A DNA stretch of 64,000 nt from Squalus acanthias. Its lineage: Eukaryota. Position numbers and translations under genes: made by a program. Below the pieces are notes generated by a model that was given only the letters and a program-made list of their open reading frames with translations, made no database searches and was not told the origin of the DNA. This document shows positions 13,900-26,878 of this stretch, in pieces. The stretch is from positions 372,001 to 436,000 of the forward strand of contig JASTWF010000326.1 of NCBI GenBank assembly GCA_030390025.1, written 5' to 3'. Every line of letters begins with the position of its first letter. Within the stretch, counting starts at the first letter, position 1.

Positions 13900-14630
13900 G
13901 GCCAAAAGATTCCGCTTTGGGCGCAATCACTGATCCGGGCGCAAACTGCACTCAAACTTGCGCTAGTTTTACAAAGTGAATTTTTTGCTCAAGTTTCAGC
14001 ATATCGCTGAACGTAAAATCTTCCCTGAAACAGCGCAATCGTGCAGCATTTTAGAAAATAAATTAAAAAAACATTTGCATTAAAAAATATTCTGTGATAT
14101 ATTTAAGAGTGGCAACCTGGTGCAGTTTTATTAATACAGCTGAAAATGGGTTATCACAAAAAAAATAAGCATTTTTAATTGGAGTGTCTAGTCCACCACA
14201 TGTGAGTAACCTGATTTTAAATAACTTAAAAAAATCTATGCAGAACCATTTACTAGTTAAATTGGTGTACAGCACTCAGTTTCTTAGTAAATTAAAAAAA
14301 GATATATTTTTAAAAGATGCCTATTAGTGTCCTTGCGCCTTAAAAAAAGGTTAATTTTAAGAATCATCGAAGGCCGGCAAACGGGTGCAATTAGCGGAAA
14401 CTCGCAATGGTGATTAATTCGATCTGGGGGCGTGGCCAGTTTTGTGGGCGGGGCCGGCTTCCAGCGCAATGTTTTTTTAAACTAGCGCAAAAGATCGCCG
14501 CAGCTCAACTTGCGCCGGACGTAATTTGCGCTTCAAATTCCTCAATCTTTTGCGCTGATTTGGTCGATTTAGGGAGAATCGGCTGGAAATACCAGCGCAA
14601 CCCAGCAGAAACGCCAGGCCGCAATTTGTA
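13900..14630. mobile_element. Probable MITE (GC-rich ends, AT-rich core)
   Basis: GCGCAA-rich CpG-containing ends around an A/T core, the same layout as the other MITEs. Right TIR is unclear. Confidence 0.4.
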
Positions 14631-14959
14631 AAAGAATGCATTTGCAACTTTGCTAGAAATACCAATCAGAGGAAACCTTGAGAAATCTTTAGTCATAGTG
14701 ATCAGACAAAATCTTGCTCCTTATTGATTCGCTGAAGTTGCATTAATATATTTGTTAATCTACTTTGAGTAATGTTCAAAATGTAGTGCTGTGACTTAAA
14801 AGATAAAATAAAGTAAGGTTTAATCAATGGGTTATAAGTAGATACATCATTAGTTGTAATTCATGCTGTTAAATTGAGAAAACAGAGCAACCTTTTCTCA
14901 GCTGCTCCAAATATGCAATCAGACTGGCTCTATTCACAGCATTCCTGCCTCTGTGTGTT

Positions 14960-15175
14960 GAAGCCCGATTCCAGCAACTGAGCTTATAATGTAGGCTAAC
15001 GTTCCGTTTGTATTCAGCGACTGCTGCATTATCAGAAGTGCCATCCTTCACATGAGATGGGAGATGAGTAACCAAGGCCCTGTCTACTTGTTCCAATGGT
15101 TCATATGGGCATTGAAGACTTTCAGGCATATTCAAAGAAGAGCAGGGGGGTTTCCTGGCCAACATTTCTGCTAGA
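14960..15175 (+). mobile_element. Deu-domain SINE fragment
   Basis: GTGCCATCCTTCACATGAGA...GGCCCTGTCTAC...GAAGAGCAGGGG..TCCTGGCCAACATT resembles the Deu-SINE core as I recall it. A reverse-strand relative lies at 33050-33205. Confidence 0.55.
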
Positions 15176-15475
15176 ACCAGAGGCTATTAGTACCTAGATT
15201 TCTCACCTTGAAAGTAAATGAATGAGGAGACCTCTCTGATGAAGAGTCATTCTCAAAATGCTAATTCATCTTTCCTTTTTACAAATGTTGACCAATCTGC
15301 TGTGTATGCCCAGCAATTTCTGTTTGTGTTTAGGATTTTTATTTTGGGGGTCTTACAGAGGTACTAACTGGAATACTAAGTGGAATAGAAAAGAGAACAT
15401 AGGTACATACTGGTTAAAATAATCATGCTCACGATTGATGCCAAGAAGCACTTCTTCACACAAAGAGTGATTTTT

Positions 15476-15770
15476 AAAAATTCATTCTCAGGATGTAGGC
15501 ATTGCTGACAGTGGTGGGCCACCTTCTTGAACCGCTGCAGTCCATGTGGTCGTTATTATTTGTGGCGCTTTGATACAACTGAGTGTCTTGCTAGGCCAAT
15601 TCAGAGCGTAAGAGTCAACCACATTGGTGTGGGACTGGAGTCACATATAAGTCAGACCAGGAAAGGACGGCAGGTTTCATTCCATAAAGGATATTGGTGA
15701 ACCAATTGGGTTTTTATGACTTTTTTTTACTGATACCAGCCACTGAATTCAAATTCTCAAATTGCCATGG
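15476..15770 (-). mobile_element. SINE/LINE fragment sharing the tail of the LINE at 46360
   Basis: TTCATTCTCAGGATGT...CTTCTTGAACCGCTGCAGTCC matches 46362-46475. Confidence 0.5.
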
Positions 15771-16321
15771 TGGCGGCTTCCTCACTCAGGCCTGAGTCAG
15801 TGCCTGATGATGTCGTTGGACCTGATCTGCATATTTAAAGTACAACCCCACCTAATTTGGTTGGGCAGCTTTGCTGCCTGTCCAAAAGTGCTGGTAAAAA
15901 TCAGAAACAATAGAATCCGGTTAGGACATCGGCAGATAAGTCATACCGGTGGACTTAACCACCTGGGGTAAGCAGTTAAAATACAATGAGCAGGTAGAAT
16001 TATAGGGTGCTAAATTAGATAAGGACCAAAAATGGGTGCGGGAATCGCGATGCACGATCTGCCGGCGCCCGTTGAAAGTAGTGCAGGCAACATGCGAAAT
16101 TCGTGCTGCCTGCTCATTAACATGATTGAAGCGCTGAGTCCAGCACTAAACACACTGCTGGTTGGCTCCACACTCAGCAGGGGGCCCAATATCATGGGAA
16201 CTTGGATCTGTATTTAAAGGTTGCCTGCAGAGTGAAAGGCTGTCTGCACTTCATGAAGGGGAGCTGCTTTGTGACAGAAGTACCTCATTCTGACTGGAGC
16301 TGAGCAAAGGGGAAGTTAGCA

Positions 16322-18407
16322 ATGCCACAACAGGACAGAGAAAAGGCACCTCGCTTCTCAGACACAGTATTGGAGGCCTTGGTGCAGGAGGTCGATAGGA
16401 GGAGACAGGTCCTCTACCCACAGGGGGCCAGGAGGCCTTCCAGACACACTGTACAAAGGCAGAGGGAGGAGATAACTGAAGCGGTCACTGCCATCAGTCA
16501 CTCCCCCAGGGCCTGGATCCAGTGCCAGAAGAAGTTTAATGACCTCTCATCAGTGGTCAAGGTCAGTGAATGCATTTTCAAATGCCATATCCCACCAGCT
16601 GCACCACTATCCTCACACACTGCTCAATGCACCACACCCCCATCAATCACCTACCAACAATCTCCAGCAATCATGACTCATACCTCACAATCATAGCTTC
16701 ACCTCACCCTCACACACTGACCACTGTTGCAAGCCTCATACCCACATCTCACATCCTGCACACACTGCCAGCTATTCAACCATAACTAGCACATCACCCA
16801 AACACATTGCACCACACTCAATGACACACTTCACCCAAACACATTGCACCACACTCACTGACACACTTCACCCAAACACATTGCACCACACTCAATGACA
16901 CACTTCACCCAAACACATTGCACCACACTCACTGACACACTTCACCCAGACACATTGCACCACACTCAATGACACACTTCACCCAAACACATTGCACCAC
17001 ACTCACTGACACACTTCACCCAGACACATTGCACCACACTCACTGACACACTTCCCTTTCTCTTGCAGGCCAAGGCAGCGCCAGCAGGAGCTAACAGGCG
17101 GGCGGCAGGCACAGCTGTAGAACCTGACCCAGCTGGAGGAATTGGGTCTAGATATAATTGGAGGGGCCGTCATTGAGGCCGTGGTGATTGGCGGTGCTGA
17201 AAGCATTGATGTTGATGACGGTATGCTCATACCTAATCCTCCTTCTCACATTCCACTTCCTCCTCATCCCACAATCTCTTCTCACTTACAAGCTGCTGAT
17301 GGTGTCAGCATGCACATCTTGTTTTACCCCATCCCTTCACCACAACTCAACCCTTGTGCCTTTCTCCTTTCAGATACCCAAGAACTGCCACCAGCCCAGC
17401 CTGTGCAGGAAGAAGTAGAGGAGGAGAGTGATAGAGAAGAGACACCGTCACTCGATCTGACACTCCCAGACACCAGCTCAGAAAATGGCACTGTGCGAAC
17501 CTTAAAGGGTAGTATAGAAGCGGGATCTGCATGTGGTGAGTCACCAGGCATGAGTGGGCTGCAGCCAGGCCGGGGAAAGGGTAGCACAAGTGCCAGCTCC
17601 CCAGAGGGTGAGGTTGCAAACGAGTTCTGCTGCCTGCACACAGAAATGCTTGGTGAATTGCAGGCCTGCCAGAGAGCCTCTTGTCACTATCAAGGAGCAT
17701 GGAGGAGTCCGGCTCCAACCTTGCACAGGGCTTTGCGCGAAGCTTGGAGCCCATGATTTCAAGGATGGAAGTGATGGGCAAGTCCTTTAGAGCACTTGTG
17801 GACTCAACTACAATGCTGGTTGTGATAGGCAATGTTGCAGCTTCCATTGCTGCATAAGTGGAAGTGACCCAATGTCTGAGTTGTGCAGTGGAAGCTCAAA
17901 CCTCTGCCATGCAAGCTCAGACTTCTCTCATGCAGGCTTAACTTGCTGCCACACAAGCTCAGACTGGCTGGGTTTACGAGTGTGGAAAAAGGATTGCAGG
18001 GTGTCACAGCAGTCCAGCAATCTGTCCTCCAGCAGATTACTAGGAATGCTGAGGTGCCACCCCAGAGGAGTGGCAGTGGCTCCGTGGAGCTTGAACCTGC
18101 TGTCCTCTCTCCGGATGACAGCATTCGTACTTCCACCACTGCCACTCCACCAGTGCCTTTGAATTTGCCTGTCAGCCAGCCTGCCCAGACTGCTGTCCAT
18201 GCCGAGGTGGTGCTTTCTACAGCCAGGCCTTCTAGTCCCAGAGCTGCTCAAGGTCATCCTGCAAGGCTATCTACGGTGCCCCCCAAGGAAAGTCAGCAGC
18301 TGTCCATCAGCCATGCTGCAGCCACTGGGGTAGCACTTCATTGGAGCACTAGAATAGGACAAGGCACACGAAAAACAGACACTAAGGGAATTCACAAGGG
18401 TGATTAG
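16322..18407 (+). pseudogene. Harbinger Myb/SANT-like DNA-binding protein; exons 16322-16561, 17069-17220, 17374-18407
   Basis: MPQQDREKAPRFSD..LEALV...QCQKKFNDL (Myb/SANT-like trihelix pattern). GT-AG junctions at the same positions as in the 35135-39297 element. Downstream exons contain stops and frameshifts. Confidence 0.8.
16795..17053 (+). repeat. 37-bp tandem minisatellite, 7 copies, in Myb intron 1
   Basis: Unit CACCCA(A/G)ACACATTGCACCACACTCA(A/C)TGACACACTT, head-to-tail. Confidence 0.95.
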
Positions 18408-18569
18408 TTGACTTTGTAATGTAATATTGGAATGAATCATTTATAAATTATGTTTTGAATGCTTGTTTTGTGGTGGCTTTCATTTCCGCATTGTGGCCAA
18501 GAGGACTCTGTGATGTTCTGTGACAGAGGGATGATAAGGTGGGGAAGTGTTGAACAACAGGGATCTGGG

Positions 18570-19735
18570 ATTGCATTGAGAGGAAGCGGAGTCTGATGAT
18601 GCGCTCACGGACAGCCCGTCTGGAACAAGGATTTACAGGCTGCCTTCTCCCTTCCTTTTCCTCTTATTTCTTCTCCTCCTCTTCCTCCTCCTCCTCCTGA
18701 GGTGGCTGTGGAACCCATGGTGGCAAGGACTGTGCCCTGATGATGGCCAATTTGTGGAGGATGCAGCCAAGACCACTACAAATTGGGACATCCACTCCGG
18801 TGAACACTGGAGAGCTCCTTCTGAGTGGTCAAGGCAGCAGAACCGTTGCTTCAGCACCCTGATGGTCTGCTCGATGAGGTTCCTCGTGGCAGCATAGATC
18901 TCATTATATGAGTGCTGGCCACGAGTGGTGGGGTTGTGGAGGGGAGTCATCAGCCAGGTGTAGAGCGATAGCGCTTGTCGCCTAGCAGCCACCCTCAGGT
19001 TCAACGTGATGGCTGGAAGATTGCTGGCACAGCAGACTGGCACAGGCCGAAGGCATCATAACTGCTGCCAGGATACCAGGCATTCACCATCATGATGTGC
19101 TGGGCGTGGTCACACACCAGCTGCACATTAAGCGAGCGGTAGCCTTTGCGGTTATGATACATCTCAGCATTGATATGTGGTGCCCGCAAAGCTACATGTG
19201 TGCAGTCGATGGTGCCCTGCACCATGGAGAAGCCTAATCTCCCGGCAAAGGCATGTGCGTGCTCAGCCTGCTTCTCTACGTTTAGAAAGAAAAGACAATG
19301 AAGTCCCTTCTCCTATAGTACAGAGCCTTTGTGACCTCCCGGATGCAGTGATGGAAGGTGAACTGTGAGATGTTTGCTATGTCGCCTGTTCCAGCCTGGA
19401 AGGATCCGCTGGTGAAAACATTCAGGGCCACAGTCATCTTGAGGACCACTGGCAGAGTCGTTGTTGCCCTGTTCTGAGGCTACAGGTCTGGTTCCAAGAG
19501 GTGGCAGAGTTCTGTGACCATCTCCTTGGCGAAGCGGAGCCGCCAAACCCACTGCTCCTGGCTTAGGTGCGGCTAGGAGAAGTGCTCCCTGAAGACCCTA
19601 GTTGGGTAAGGCCTCCTGCTGAGAGCCCTCCTCTCCCTCCTCCTCCTCTCTCTGCGAGGAGTTTGTCTTTGCTGCCTCTGCTCCATCTCCCTGTCACGTT
19701 GCAGCGTGAAGTGGACTGCAGGTAGAGCCCCCTTG
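18570..19735 (-). pseudogene. Harbinger DDE transposase (HARBI1-like family), frameshifted
   Basis: VQGTIDCTHVALRAP, NRKGYRSLNVQLVCD, TWLMTPL, TRNLIEQTI..LKQRF spread over several frames. Confidence 0.9.
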
Positions 19736-20362
19736 AGTGGGAGCAAGTGGAGTAGTCAAAGGCTTTCCAGTAGCAGTCAATGCATTCCCAACCTCCAGCA
19801 GCACTCCCTGCACACTTTAATGTTATAAATGTCTTCCAGCAAGCCAGTATTCATATAAACTCTGCAAGACCCAGTACAAGAGAAATGATCAACTTACCAG
19901 CAAGTAGGATGTATCACGTTAAATTGCGCTGGTGAGGGGATCCCTCGTGCAGCTGAACACATGTTCAGCTGTTCATGTTTAGGAGAGGGCATTGAATGGA
20001 GCGGCGATGATGAAAACGGCAGGTCGTACGTCATGATCTGCCTACTCTGCATACTGCCGGCGCACGCACATCTCATCCACGTTATTGCCCTCACCAAGAT
20101 GGTGACCAGCGCGGGCGTGCTGGAAGTTGGCGGAAGCGAAGCGGCCGCCATTTTTTTCTCCAAACCGGGCTTAACTGCCGGTGCTAAGGTGCAGAATTTC
20201 GCAGCCAGAGTATCTCAGTGGGGAGGCTTAACATACACGCTGTAAGGATTTTTATACAGTGCAAAAATGAACTTTGCGTATTTTATGAAGTAATTTTGTT
20301 CATGGAAATGTATGCTTATTAAAGATGGTATAATTCAACAAACTCACTAATAATGCCCTAAT

Positions 20363-20502
20363 GGGTAAATTTGCTACTTCTGCACTCCTGGAACATGCCG
20401 TAATTTTACATCGATTAATTTTAATGGACAGAAAATGATGGTTGGAGCTAAACAACTTCTTGATTAAGCACTCACAGCAGAACAGGAGCAGAAAATTTAC
20501 CC
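20363..20502. mobile_element. Small MITE
   Basis: TIR GGGTAAATTT / AAATTTACCC, 140 bp. Confidence 0.5.
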
Positions 20503-20572
20503 TTAATTGCTTTAAGGCAAGAACATAAAGATGTGATGGAGAAAGTATTAGGGCACAAAAGTACCTGAGGAC

Positions 20573-21071
20573 TGTTAGAAACTAGGGGTGCCTAAAAATG
20601 TATATGGCTACGTGAATAATACTGTGTTTAAATGATTGTATGTTTCTGCTCAAGACAAGTAAGGGGTTAATGTATAAGTTATGTTTTACTGGCGACTGTT
20701 TAGGTTTTGTTTTCCTGAAAGCTCGTATTAGAATTTGAGACTAAGAGGGCGCTAACGGGGCGCAAAGCAACTAGCGCCCGGGTGCGGCGATGTTTGCGCC
20801 GCTCGTGAAATTGACCAGGCATTTTGTGGCGGTGTTAAACACAACCACCACGATCTCCTGCGCCTGCAGATCGTGACGTCAGTCAAGTGTGCAACGCCCC
20901 GGTAGAGCCCCGGACCAGATATTGAGTGGCGCCCCCTGCCTTTCCGCCTGTCGCTAGCAACAACAGGTTGAGGGGAACGTTTTGCAGTCAGGAAGGGACT
21001 GGGGGAGTGCTATTTAAAGGCTGCCGCTTCCTGCCTTTTTTTGTCAGCGCCATTTTTGCACCACGCATTCT

Positions 21072-21102
<31 letters not shown>

Positions 21103-22714
21103 CTGGAGAGATTCAACGCTGTGTGAAGGAGTTTTGGGTACTGAGCAGCACTTTACAGGTTCATTTTGATTTGACCTTCCTTGCATCGATTTAGAAGAGA
21201 CTATGGGGGCTGCACTCTGAGCTCTTTCCCTGGACCTCTCCATTGTTCTTGTCAGCAGAATTGATGTACAGGTCTCTCCAGGCCGAGATTCAAGGCTGCA
21301 ATGAGCAGGGTGTGGCTGGAGAGCAAGATCGACCCTCCCCTTTAAGAACTGGCTGGCGCCAGTGTGTCTGTGTTCCATTGCTAACTGACGTTACCTGAGC
21401 TTCGCCAGCGCTCTGAGGTAGCGCCTTGCTCCTCGGCGTTAGCGTCTTAAGAGAGGTGTGTAGCGCCTGATTTAGTGCTCCAATCACCTCCAGGGGCAAT
21501 AGAGGCCAAGTTTGCAGTCGGAGGCGATAATTAGCGCCAGGCGCTAAACTTTGCGCCTGGCCGGTAATTGCGCCCCAAACAGGGTGATACCAGATTTCTC
21601 CCCCAATATGTCTTCAGTTAGTTAGTTTAGGCATAAACATTCCACACAGGGGCCCACAGGATGGCCTTGCCTGCAATATCTGTTGTTTGTAAGTTAGGGT
21701 TTTGCCTTTGTTAATGTATCTTTAATTTGGCCAATGAAGATCCAACCTATGTTTCTTCCATTATTACCAATAACCATATTATAATGCTTAGGTAGAATTT
21801 AGAGTTTGTTGAGCAGAACTACTTGTGAAGATAATTAAAAGTTAATTAGTATAGAAAGACATAGAATAAAAGGAATTTAGGGGAGGTTAAGGTATCCATC
21901 TCAGGATGGAGCAGTTTGCTCGATGAAAGTGAGATAATGACCAGCTGAAGCGGGACAGCTCTGGCTTGGGCCTCATGATTGAACGGGGACAAGGTCAGGC
22001 CTAGTACCAATTGTACCAGGGAGGATGGGGACAAAGATAGGATGAATTTCAATGGAGGAACCTTCAAAATGTAAAAACAAGAAAGATAAATTGGCTGAGA
22101 TCATGAGACCCCTATGAGGGAGGGCTTTCATCCAATAATTGAGACAAAGAACTAGACGCTGCATTGGGTACTGAGGTTTTGGGGGAACCTCTATAGGTTA
22201 AATGGTCTTGTCAATAATTTAGCCTCAGGCCCACCCCTAAAAAGAGAATAAAAATAACACCCTGAGGGCTTGCCCACACAGACGGTGGAGGGGAGAGCCA
22301 AGCAAAAGTTGGGCTGGTCGAACGCTCTTTCGACAATGATCCCATACCCATGTGGGAGTACCTTCACCACACGGACTGCAGCGGTTCAAGTAGGCGGCTC
22401 ACCACCACCTTCTCAAGGGCAACTAGGGATGGGCAATAGATGCTGGCCTTGCCAGAGACGCCCAGATCCCATAAGTGAATAAAAAAAAACTTGGAGGTTC
22501 TAGATGAGAGGAAGAGAGGCTGCAAGCCAGAGAACTGTTCACGCACACCAGCCGTCTGTCCGATCGGGTCCGGTACCAGCTGCTTGTCACGGTCGTATGT
22601 TTTTGCTGTATTACTAGTGTGTTATATTCCATCCTAAACTCCGATTAAACACAATATACCCACCATATTGGTTTGCACTCGATCCTGTTTACTAGAGATA
22701 CATGAATCTCTACA
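20573..22714 (+). mobile_element. Probable solo LTR with nested insertions
   Basis: TGTTAGA...TCTACA ends; GGAC/GGGC flanks (imperfect 4-bp TSD); ATTAAA near the 3' end. Contains 20738-21604 and a LINE tail at about 22360-22480. Confidence 0.45.
20738..21604 (+). mobile_element. Non-autonomous Harbinger derivative, left tip missing
   Basis: Collinear with 48974-49865 and with both ends of 35135-39297. Right TIR ...ATTTCTCCCCC. Confidence 0.9.
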
Positions 22715-22739
22715 GGGCACAAAAGTGGCTGTGGAAAGG

Positions 22740-23395
22740 ATAGAAACATAGAATATAGGAGCAGGAGTAGGCCATTCGGCCCCTCATGCCTGCTCCGCCC
22801 TTCAATGCAATCATGGCTGATCATCCAAATTCAGTACCCTGTCCCTGCTTTCTCCCCATATCCCTTGATCCCCTTAGCCTTAAGAAATATATCTAACTCC
22901 TTTTTGAATATATTTAATGAATTGGACTCAACTGTCTTCTGTGGTAGAGAATTCCACAGGTTCACCACTCTCTGGGTGAAGAAATTGCTCCTCATCTCAG
23001 TCCTAAATGGCTTACCCCTTATCCTTAGACTGTGACACCTGGTTCTGGACTCCCCCGCCATTGGGAACATCCTTCCTGCAGCTAGCCTTGTTAGAATTTT
23101 ATAAGTTTCACTGAGATCCCCTCTCATTCTTCTAAACTCTAGCGAATACAAACCCAATCGACCCAATCGCTCTTCATACGTCATTCCTGCCATCCCAGGT
23201 ATCAGTCTGGTGAATCTTCGCAGCACTCTCTCCATGGCAAGAACATCCTTCCTCAGATAAGGTGACCAAAACTGCACACAATACTCAAGGTGTGGTCTCA
23301 CCAAGGCCCTGTACAACTGCAGCAAGACATCCTTGCTCCTGTACTCGAATCCTCTCACTATGAAGGCCAACATACCATTTGCCTTCTTAACCGAT
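22740..23395 (-). mobile_element. CR1 LINE 3' fragment
   Basis: ORF 22831-23373 reads LYRALVRPHLEYCVQFWSP...FFTQRVVNLWNSLP; tail at 22740. Confidence 0.92.
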
Positions 23396-25764
23396 GGAAG
23401 AGAAGAATGACATGTGGAGACATGGAGAGGAGATAGAGCCTGATGGTCTAAAGAAAGGTTGAAGTTCTAGTCCCATCCTCCTGTGCTGACCTCCAATACA
23501 AAGCTACTAGACCCTGTTCTCACCTCCCCAGAAACACTATCTTCTACTACATAGGATTTAAAAAAAAAAGGTTTTATCACATTACTTAGATAGGGAATAT
23601 TTTTTAACTTGAAACATTTCCTTGCACTTTCCTTCACCTTAGAACAAATAGCACACAATGGTAGTCTCCCTCTGAATCAACCTGACAGATGTGAGTAAAT
23701 CTTAATCTTTGAAAAATACCTCCTATCGCGCAAGGGTGAATTTCCCATTCCCCAAAGTGTCTTCTTATGACTTTTCAGTAAAATTGTTCAATTAATGCCA
23801 GCTGTGTTAGATTCAAGGGCAGTATTTTAGTGCTGTGGATTCATATCCACTGGGAACTCTTGCAATTGCCAGACTCATTTCACTTATGACTCTTAATAGG
23901 CATTAGACAAAGGACATGTTCATCCAATCTATGCTGGCTGGTTTTGAACCCAAGTCCCAATGGTGAAATAATTATTTTCAAATCCACTGTGCCACCCAAT
24001 CACTCTTTAAAAAATACCGAAACCATGAGGCTTGACATTGTTGGAGAATGTTTTTTCCCTTAATTTTGGATGCACAAAGCACCAGTTATAATTGGCCTCA
24101 TCCTCATTAAATTGATGACTGTCCTACATGGTAAGCTTTCTACAGTCGTTTAAACTGAAGGTTACATATCCAACTGATTTGGATTGTGTAGAAGAATGCA
24201 GCAGAGATGCTGGCCCTGATATTAACTCTGAGGCGGGTTGGGAGTGGGGCGGGGGGGTCCGATATTGCATAGGAAACCCGGAAGTAAGTTCAGTGCATTT
24301 TAACGCAGGCACCGCGTTATCATTTTACTCCCAGGTTCGGCGTCAATTGCACAGCAGTGGGCATGGTATGGACCTGCATGATGTAATATCAACTCCAATA
24401 TTAAAAGGGCCAATCCAAAGATGGAATTTGGAGGAGTTGGGAGTTGAAAGCAAGCGAGGAAGAACTTTGACAATGGATTCAGGACGGTCAAAGGCTGTGC
24501 CCCGCTTTAATGACGCCTCTCTTGATGTACTGCTGGGGGCAGTGATGAGCCTCAGAGAGACACTCTTCCTCAGCAATGGAAGGAAGAAACCTACTGCTGC
24601 CACAAGGAAGGCATGGCTGGAGGTGGCCGAGGAGGTCAGCAGCAGGAACATTATGGCATGCTCCAGATTCAGTGCAGGAAGCGCTTTAATGACCTAATCA
24701 GGTTAAGAAAGGTGAGTAGAGTTGCACATTCACCTACATCCTGTTGTGCACATCACACCCCCTCCCCATCACTCTGCCTTGTCAAGCCTACTCCACCAAG
24801 TCACTCCTCACACCCACTTACCTTGTAAGCGCACCCATCCTTCTCTTTCTATGCACTTCCTCACATTCCCATCTATCCATCCACCACTGCCACTCACTCG
24901 CATCCTTATGCAATTTGATGCCTCTCCCTCATCAAATGCACTCCATCCACCAAGTAAACACATGCTATTACAGTCACTTTCTCTTCTGCTCTTTTCCCTG
25001 TTGCAGAAGAAGAGAGCGCAAAACACGAAGAGGGAGAGAACTGGAGGTGAGCCTCCACAGATCTCACAATTGATAACTGGCGAGGAGGAAGTGTTGGAGA
25101 TGTGTGGCATGTGGGTGTCCCTGGAGATGTGGAGATGGGGACCTCCCAGCTACCTGGTGACGGAATTAAATATAATGCGCACACGTCATACAACACTCAA
25201 TCATGTTGACTTGATTTCAGCAGCAAGTGAAATATGATCATCTTCATAATGATACGTTGCAACATACTTACCTTGCCAATACTAATTCATATATTTTCTC
25301 TCTGACTAAGTCTTCACGCATGCAGCAGGAGTTCATGGACCTCATGGACGACAAATCCACAGAGGAGCTGAATCCTTCTGAGGGTGCACCATCACAGGAC
25401 TCATGTTTACCATGCAACAACTCAGATACTCACACTTCAGTGGGACCAGTTTGAGAGGTAGTTGGGGTTTCACCTGGTGGCTCACACTTCACATGTGAGC
25501 AAGACCAGACAGTGGTGGCAGGAAGAGCAATGAAGAGTCCGCATCAGAGGGTTCAACCCTCTCAAAGCTCTGCTGAGCTGGACACAGATGCAGTACCCCG
25601 GGAGCCATTGATGAAAAGAATAATCATTGAGGATCACCAGAAAATGTGTAATATACTGACAGGCCTTCCAAGCACACTGTCCACGATTGCAGAGAGAATG
25701 GAGGAGTCCACCTCAAGCATGAGTGGGTTGATGTCATAGGGCATTGTGAAGGAATTCTACTATA

Positions 25765-26044
25765 CAGGGATCCCTCCCCAACCGCGGGGGATACGTCCCT
25801 GAAAACCCCCGTGGTTAGTAAAACCGCGGTTGGCAAATTCAGTATAAATGTGTATAAACACAATAAAAAAGAATATAAAAAGCATATAAAAAGCATAAAA
25901 ATCATGTTATTTACCTTATTCCTCAATTAAAAACCACAGATACGCGAATTTCACTGCCGCGGTTGGCAAAAATTGTCGCAGAGTGGAAACCGTGTATACG
26001 TGAAATCCGCGTATGGCAAACCCGCGGTTGGGGCGGGATTCCCG
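25765..26044. mobile_element. Tc1/mariner (pogo/Tigger-like) MITE
   Basis: 24-bp TIR CAGGGATCCCTCCCCAACCGCGGG with 3 mismatches; TA TSD. Confidence 0.75.
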
Positions 26045-26111
26045 TATAACCTTTTTAGAAAAATATACTATATAAGATAAATACACTATAGCCTTTTTAG
26101 AAAAATACACT

Positions 26112-26878
26112 GGGCCAGAAATTCGGCTTTCCGGCTTCCTGCGGGTGCAAGCATCGCGCGCGTACTTACCTACCGCGCCTGCAGTTGTGCTTTGGGCCCA
26201 CGAGGACTTCAGGTCCTGGGCCTCCTGCAGCTGCCGGCACACAGTGCTTGCGTATCCCAGGGGCGCAGTTAGTTCGAAGCGTCCCCTGGGATCACGTGGG
26301 CCATGGAGAGCCAATCCTAACAGGGCATTTTCATTCATAGATTTGACAGGAAGACTTGTCAAATCTATGAATGGAGATCGGCCCCAAAACCACACTTAAA
26401 CTTCAAATACATTTTTAAAAAAACATCACATTTTTAAAATAACTATAAGTTACATAAATTAACTACTTTAAACAAAAATTTTAAATTTTTGAAAAAAATA
26501 ATTATACTTTTTAACCGCGCTAAAAATAAACTTAACTTTCTTTAAAGTATCTAAAAAAGATAAACCTATTGAAAAAATGTTTAAATTGTAATTAATTAAC
26601 CACTTACCTTGTTAAAAACAGGCCTTGCACCTCCTTTTTAAAAGTGCAGCTTCTTCATACTTACCCTCCCGGAGAAACCTGAAAAAAAAACTTGAAGTTC
26701 GCTGCGTTCGCGCTGCCTCTCCCGCGCATGTGTTCGACTTCTGAACCCCTCCCTTCAGGGTAACGGAAGTTCCGGATTCCCGCACATGCGCAGTGCATGC
26801 AGGAAACCGACACTTCAGGTGGCCTTACGGGTGAGTACACAGCACGTACTCACCCGACAACAGCCGAATTTCTGGCCC
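26112..26878. mobile_element. Harbinger-type MITE
   Basis: Perfect 17-bp TIR GGGCCAGAAATTCGGCT; ACT TSD. Confidence 0.9.

Larger units (their letters stand above)
16005..20206. mobile_element. Full-length but decayed PIF/Harbinger transposon
   Basis: Imperfect TIRs GGGTGCTAAATT / AATTTCGCAGCC. Myb/SANT gene on + faces a transposase on -. Confidence 0.85.

Noticed and set aside
16795..17053. 37-bp repeat as a CRISPR array
   Set aside because: Units are contiguous with no unique spacers, there are no cas genes, and the context is a eukaryotic intron.
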